In this document: one piece after another, positions 61,263 to 64,000 of the stretch | Numbering within the stretch: the stretch's first letter is position 1 | How the letters are laid out: each line of letters begins with the position of its first letter | Assembly (NCBI GenBank): GCA_010909165.1 | Contig: VJWM01000068.1 | Coordinates: 744,001 to 808,000 of the forward strand | From: Anthoceros angustus | Taxonomy: Eukaryota; Plantae; Anthocerotophyta | DNA: 64,000 nt | Direction: 5' to 3' | Position numbers and translations under genes: made by a program | The notes under the pieces: model-generated | Told to the model about the DNA's origin: nothing | What the model saw: the letters and a program-made list of their open reading frames with translations, nothing else | Databases searched by the model: none

Positions 61263-63614
61263 TCATAGTTCCATGTCCCTTCTGATGACGTCTGGTTGTA
61301 GAAGATATCCTGCTTCCTCTAGCTTCGTGCTCAGCTCGCTCAAGATATAACGAAGCTGTTCATCCTGGTGGTGACTGTGGTCGCCCACAAGAAATGTGTG
61401 CACTCCTTGTTCATGCTCAATCCAGCTCTGGCCAGGCCTCTTTGACGCACCTGCTCTGTGTCTCATCTCATCTACTTCACTCACAGAGTCCCACATGCCA
61501 GCATGAGCATAAATATTTGACATGAGCACATAGGCAGAAGCTTGTTCCGGGGCTAATGCTACAGCACAATCAAAGGCTTGCCTGCCCAGCAACACGTTTT
61601 TGTGTTTCCTGCAGGCATTCAGTACGCAGAGCCAGAGGCTAAAGTTGGGCTGCATGGGCATCAAGGAATGTAACTCTCCTGCCCTGTCGAACAGTCCAGC
61701 ACGGCTGACCAGGTCGATCATACACACGTAGTGATCCAGTTCAGCATCAATGCCATGATTTCTGGTCATGCTCTGGAAGAGCTGGAGTCCCTCATCGACC
61801 ATTCCAGCATGACTGCATGCAGTCAGGAGCGCCTGGAAGGTAACTGCATTTGGCTTCAACCCTGCCAGACACATACGGTTATAACATAGGATACTGGACT
61901 CCCAGTCACCTTGCCGAGCATAGCCAGCAAGCAGTGCAGTCCATGAGACCACATCAGGCTGAGCTATGGAGTCAAACATCCGTTGGGCATCCACCATGCT
62001 CCCGCATTTGCCAAAGGCATGAATTAAACTCGTAGCCAGAGGGACGCTGTATTCTAGTCCACTCTCCACAATCTTTCGGTGGATGTGCAAGCAGACACCC
62101 AAGGTTCCTGTGCTGCTGCAAGCCTCTAATGCGGACAGGAAGGTAGCCTCATCCAATGCCACGCCTTCGCCTTGCATTTGCCTGAAGATATGCAAAGCAT
62201 TTTCTCCTTGGTCTTGCTGAGCATAGGCGCTAATCATGGCATTCCATGACACAACATCTCGCTGGGACAATCCATCAAAAACAAGTCGTGCATCCTTAAC
62301 ACTACCACACTTGGCATACGTGCTGACCAAACAGCTGCCAACAAACATATATGATTCGTAGCCACGATGAGCTGCTTCCGCATGCAATTCCTTGCCCTTT
62401 TGCAGAGCTTCGAGCTTGACATTTTGCTTGTCCACAACAGCACTTTCTTCATGGTCGGCGAGAGTGCCACATGCTTGTAAAGCACTAACCAAGGTCCTCG
62501 CACTTGGCTTCATGCCCTCGGCTTGCATTCGCTTGTATATCTGGAAGGCTTTTGCTCCTTGATCCTGCTGAGCATATGCTGCCAGCATTGCATTCCACGA
62601 CACTACATCACGCTGAGCCAGCATCTGAAACACTTGCTCAGCATCCTTAATGCTCCCACACCTTGCGTACATACTAACCAGTGCACTGCCAACAAAAACA
62701 TCCTGCTCAAACCCCAGGCGAGCAGCTTCAGCATGTAACTCCTTCCCCTTCTGAAGCAACCCAACTTTGAGATGCGCTCTGTACACAACTGCACTTTCCT
62801 CCTTTTCTGCAAGGATGCCACATGCTTGCAGAGCACTCACCAATGTGCGATCATCCGGCACAACTCCCTGCTCTCGCATTTCCGAGTAAAGCTGCAAAGC
62901 CTGGCCTCCTTGGTCCTGCTGAGAGTACGCTGCAATCATGGCATTCCACGAGACTACATTGCGGTCAGACAAGCGTCTGAACACCAGCTCAGCATCCCGG
63001 ATACTCCCACACTTTGAGTACATACTGACCAACGAGCTGCCAACATGACTATCTGCCTCAAACCCATGCATCCGTGCATCAGCATGCACCCGCTTGCCCT
63101 GTTCAAGATCTTCCAATCTGCTGCATGCTTTGAGCACACCCACAAGAGTATACGTGTTGGGCTTCACACCATTCTGTTGCATCCGCTCGTACCATGTGAT
63201 AGCTTCTCGGCATTGCCCAGCTTTGGCATACCCTACGATGATGGCTGTCCAGGACAACACTGTTGGGGAAGACAAATCCTTAAAGACGGCAATACCATCT
63301 GCGAGGCTCCCACAGTTCACCAGCGTGGTTACCAACAGCTCGCCCAATTCTCTGTTCGAATCCAACCCATGCTTTGCCAGACGAGCTTGTACCTCCTTGG
63401 CATCATCAAGGCTCTTCTTTCGCATGCACAGCTGCAACAGGTGCTTGTAAATGCGCACGGGGGGCGCAGGGCCATGCTGGTCCATGTGGAGCACACTGTG
63501 TAGCCTCGTGCCAAGTTGTCCAGGCATCCCGACTTGCAGCTGAAAGTGCACCATGACCTCAATCGTCGAAGCCATTCCATGATAGTGTAGATCACCCGCC
63601 CCCTGCACCTTCAC
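61263..63614 (-). CDS. PLS-class PPR protein with E1-E2-E+ and no DYW domain
   Basis: Intronless 783-aa ORF with VVSWNAMIAAY / DVFVGSALVSMYARCG repeats, DHYVCMIDLVSRAG, ASAYVLMSNIY, PGQSWIEHEQGVHTFLVGDHSH. The first ATG (MASTI) is at 63575. Confidence 0.95.
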   Translation of the reverse strand: MKVQGAGDLHYHGMASTIEVMVHFQLQVGMPGQLGTRLHSVLHMDQHGPAPPVRIYKHLLQLCMRKKSLDDAKEVQARLAKHGLDSNRELGELLVTTLVNCGSLADGIAVFKDLSSPTVLSWTAIIVGYAKAGQCREAITWYERMQQNGVKPNTYTLVGVLKACSRLEDLEQGKRVHADARMHGFEADSHVGSSLVSMYSKCGSIRDAELVFRRLSDRNVVSWNAMIAAYSQQDQGGQALQLYSEMREQGVVPDDRTLVSALQACGILAEKEESAVVYRAHLKVGLLQKGKELHAEAARLGFEQDVFVGSALVSMYARCGSIKDAEQVFQMLAQRDVVSWNAMLAAYAQQDQGAKAFQIYKRMQAEGMKPSARTLVSALQACGTLADHEESAVVDKQNVKLEALQKGKELHAEAAHRGYESYMFVGSCLVSTYAKCGSVKDARLVFDGLSQRDVVSWNAMISAYAQQDQGENALHIFRQMQGEGVALDEATFLSALEACSSTGTLGVCLHIHRKIVESGLEYSVPLATSLIHAFGKCGSMVDAQRMFDSIAQPDVVSWTALLAGYARQGDWESSILCYNRMCLAGLKPNAVTFQALLTACSHAGMVDEGLQLFQSMTRNHGIDAELDHYVCMIDLVSRAGLFDRAGELHSLMPMQPNFSLWLCVLNACRKHKNVLLGRQAFDCAVALAPEQASAYVLMSNIYAHAGMWDSVSEVDEMRHRAGASKRPGQSWIEHEQGVHTFLVGDHSHHQDEQLRYILSELSTKLEEAGYLLQPDVIRRDMEL

Positions 63615-64000
63615 TCCCCATACGTTGTTGTAATCTCAGAGCTCTGACCGCGAGTCTGGTATATCGTCCCAGCCTCAGGCTGAGAGAGCAGGAGTCGGAC
63701 GTGGTGTCTGCCTTGGTGCTGTGCTGTGAAGAGCAGAGCCGTGCAGTGGATTGGAGCGGGTGCCTGGAGCCCGGCCTTTGCCCTCGCTCTTCTCCTTGCC
63801 AAAAGCGGCAGCATCTTCTTGCACCGCTCTTCCCGCCCCCGCCTCGTGCTCCATCCCGGTCCCCGCCTCCGGCTCTCCGCGGGAAATGCCTCTAGTCGAA
63901 TCTGGATTTTCCGGCTTTCTTTAAGCTCTCATCTCTGCTCTTCTGCATGCCTCTGTTCCTGCCGCTCCCGCCATATTGCTTCTCCATTATGATATCCAAT

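Noticed and set aside
57477-63614. Terpenoid biosynthetic gene cluster
   Set aside because: Only one TPS; no P450, CPS, reductase or transferase neighbours in the window.

Overview
Gene-dense nuclear DNA of a land plant: short GT-AG introns, GC-rich exons and intronless PLS-class PPR genes. A 'PGQSWW' PG-box points to a hornwort, fern or lycophyte (inference). Bases 1-24810 are a head-to-tail array of a ~4.2-kb unit, about 5.7 units, running off the left edge. No ORF in the track reveals it, but comparing copies across their frameshifts shows that every unit carries a divergent PLATZ zinc-finger domain on the minus strand. Each unit also carries a ~100-bp inverted partial duplicate of that domain ~0.9 kb away. 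Copy-to-copy differences cluster at CG/CHG sites and G/C homopolymers, which suggests long-read errors on methylated DNA, so the PLATZ genes may be intact. The array ends abruptly inside a decayed PPR gene. The rest of the window holds: a PLS-E+ PPR gene; an ARM-repeat gene with homopolymer frameshifts; an old Copia remnant; a complete 1.95-kb non-autonomous Copia (LTRs, PBS, PPT, 5-bp TSD); PRMT5; GPI8 apparently lacking its C-terminal anchor; a RING-SNF2 helicase; several minisatellites; two more PPR remnants; a perfect 35-bp hairpin; a tri-domain diterpene synthase with a broken DxDD but intact DDxxD/NSE-DTE motifs; and a second PLS-E+ PPR gene. All protein calls are from motif recognition by eye; no searches were run.
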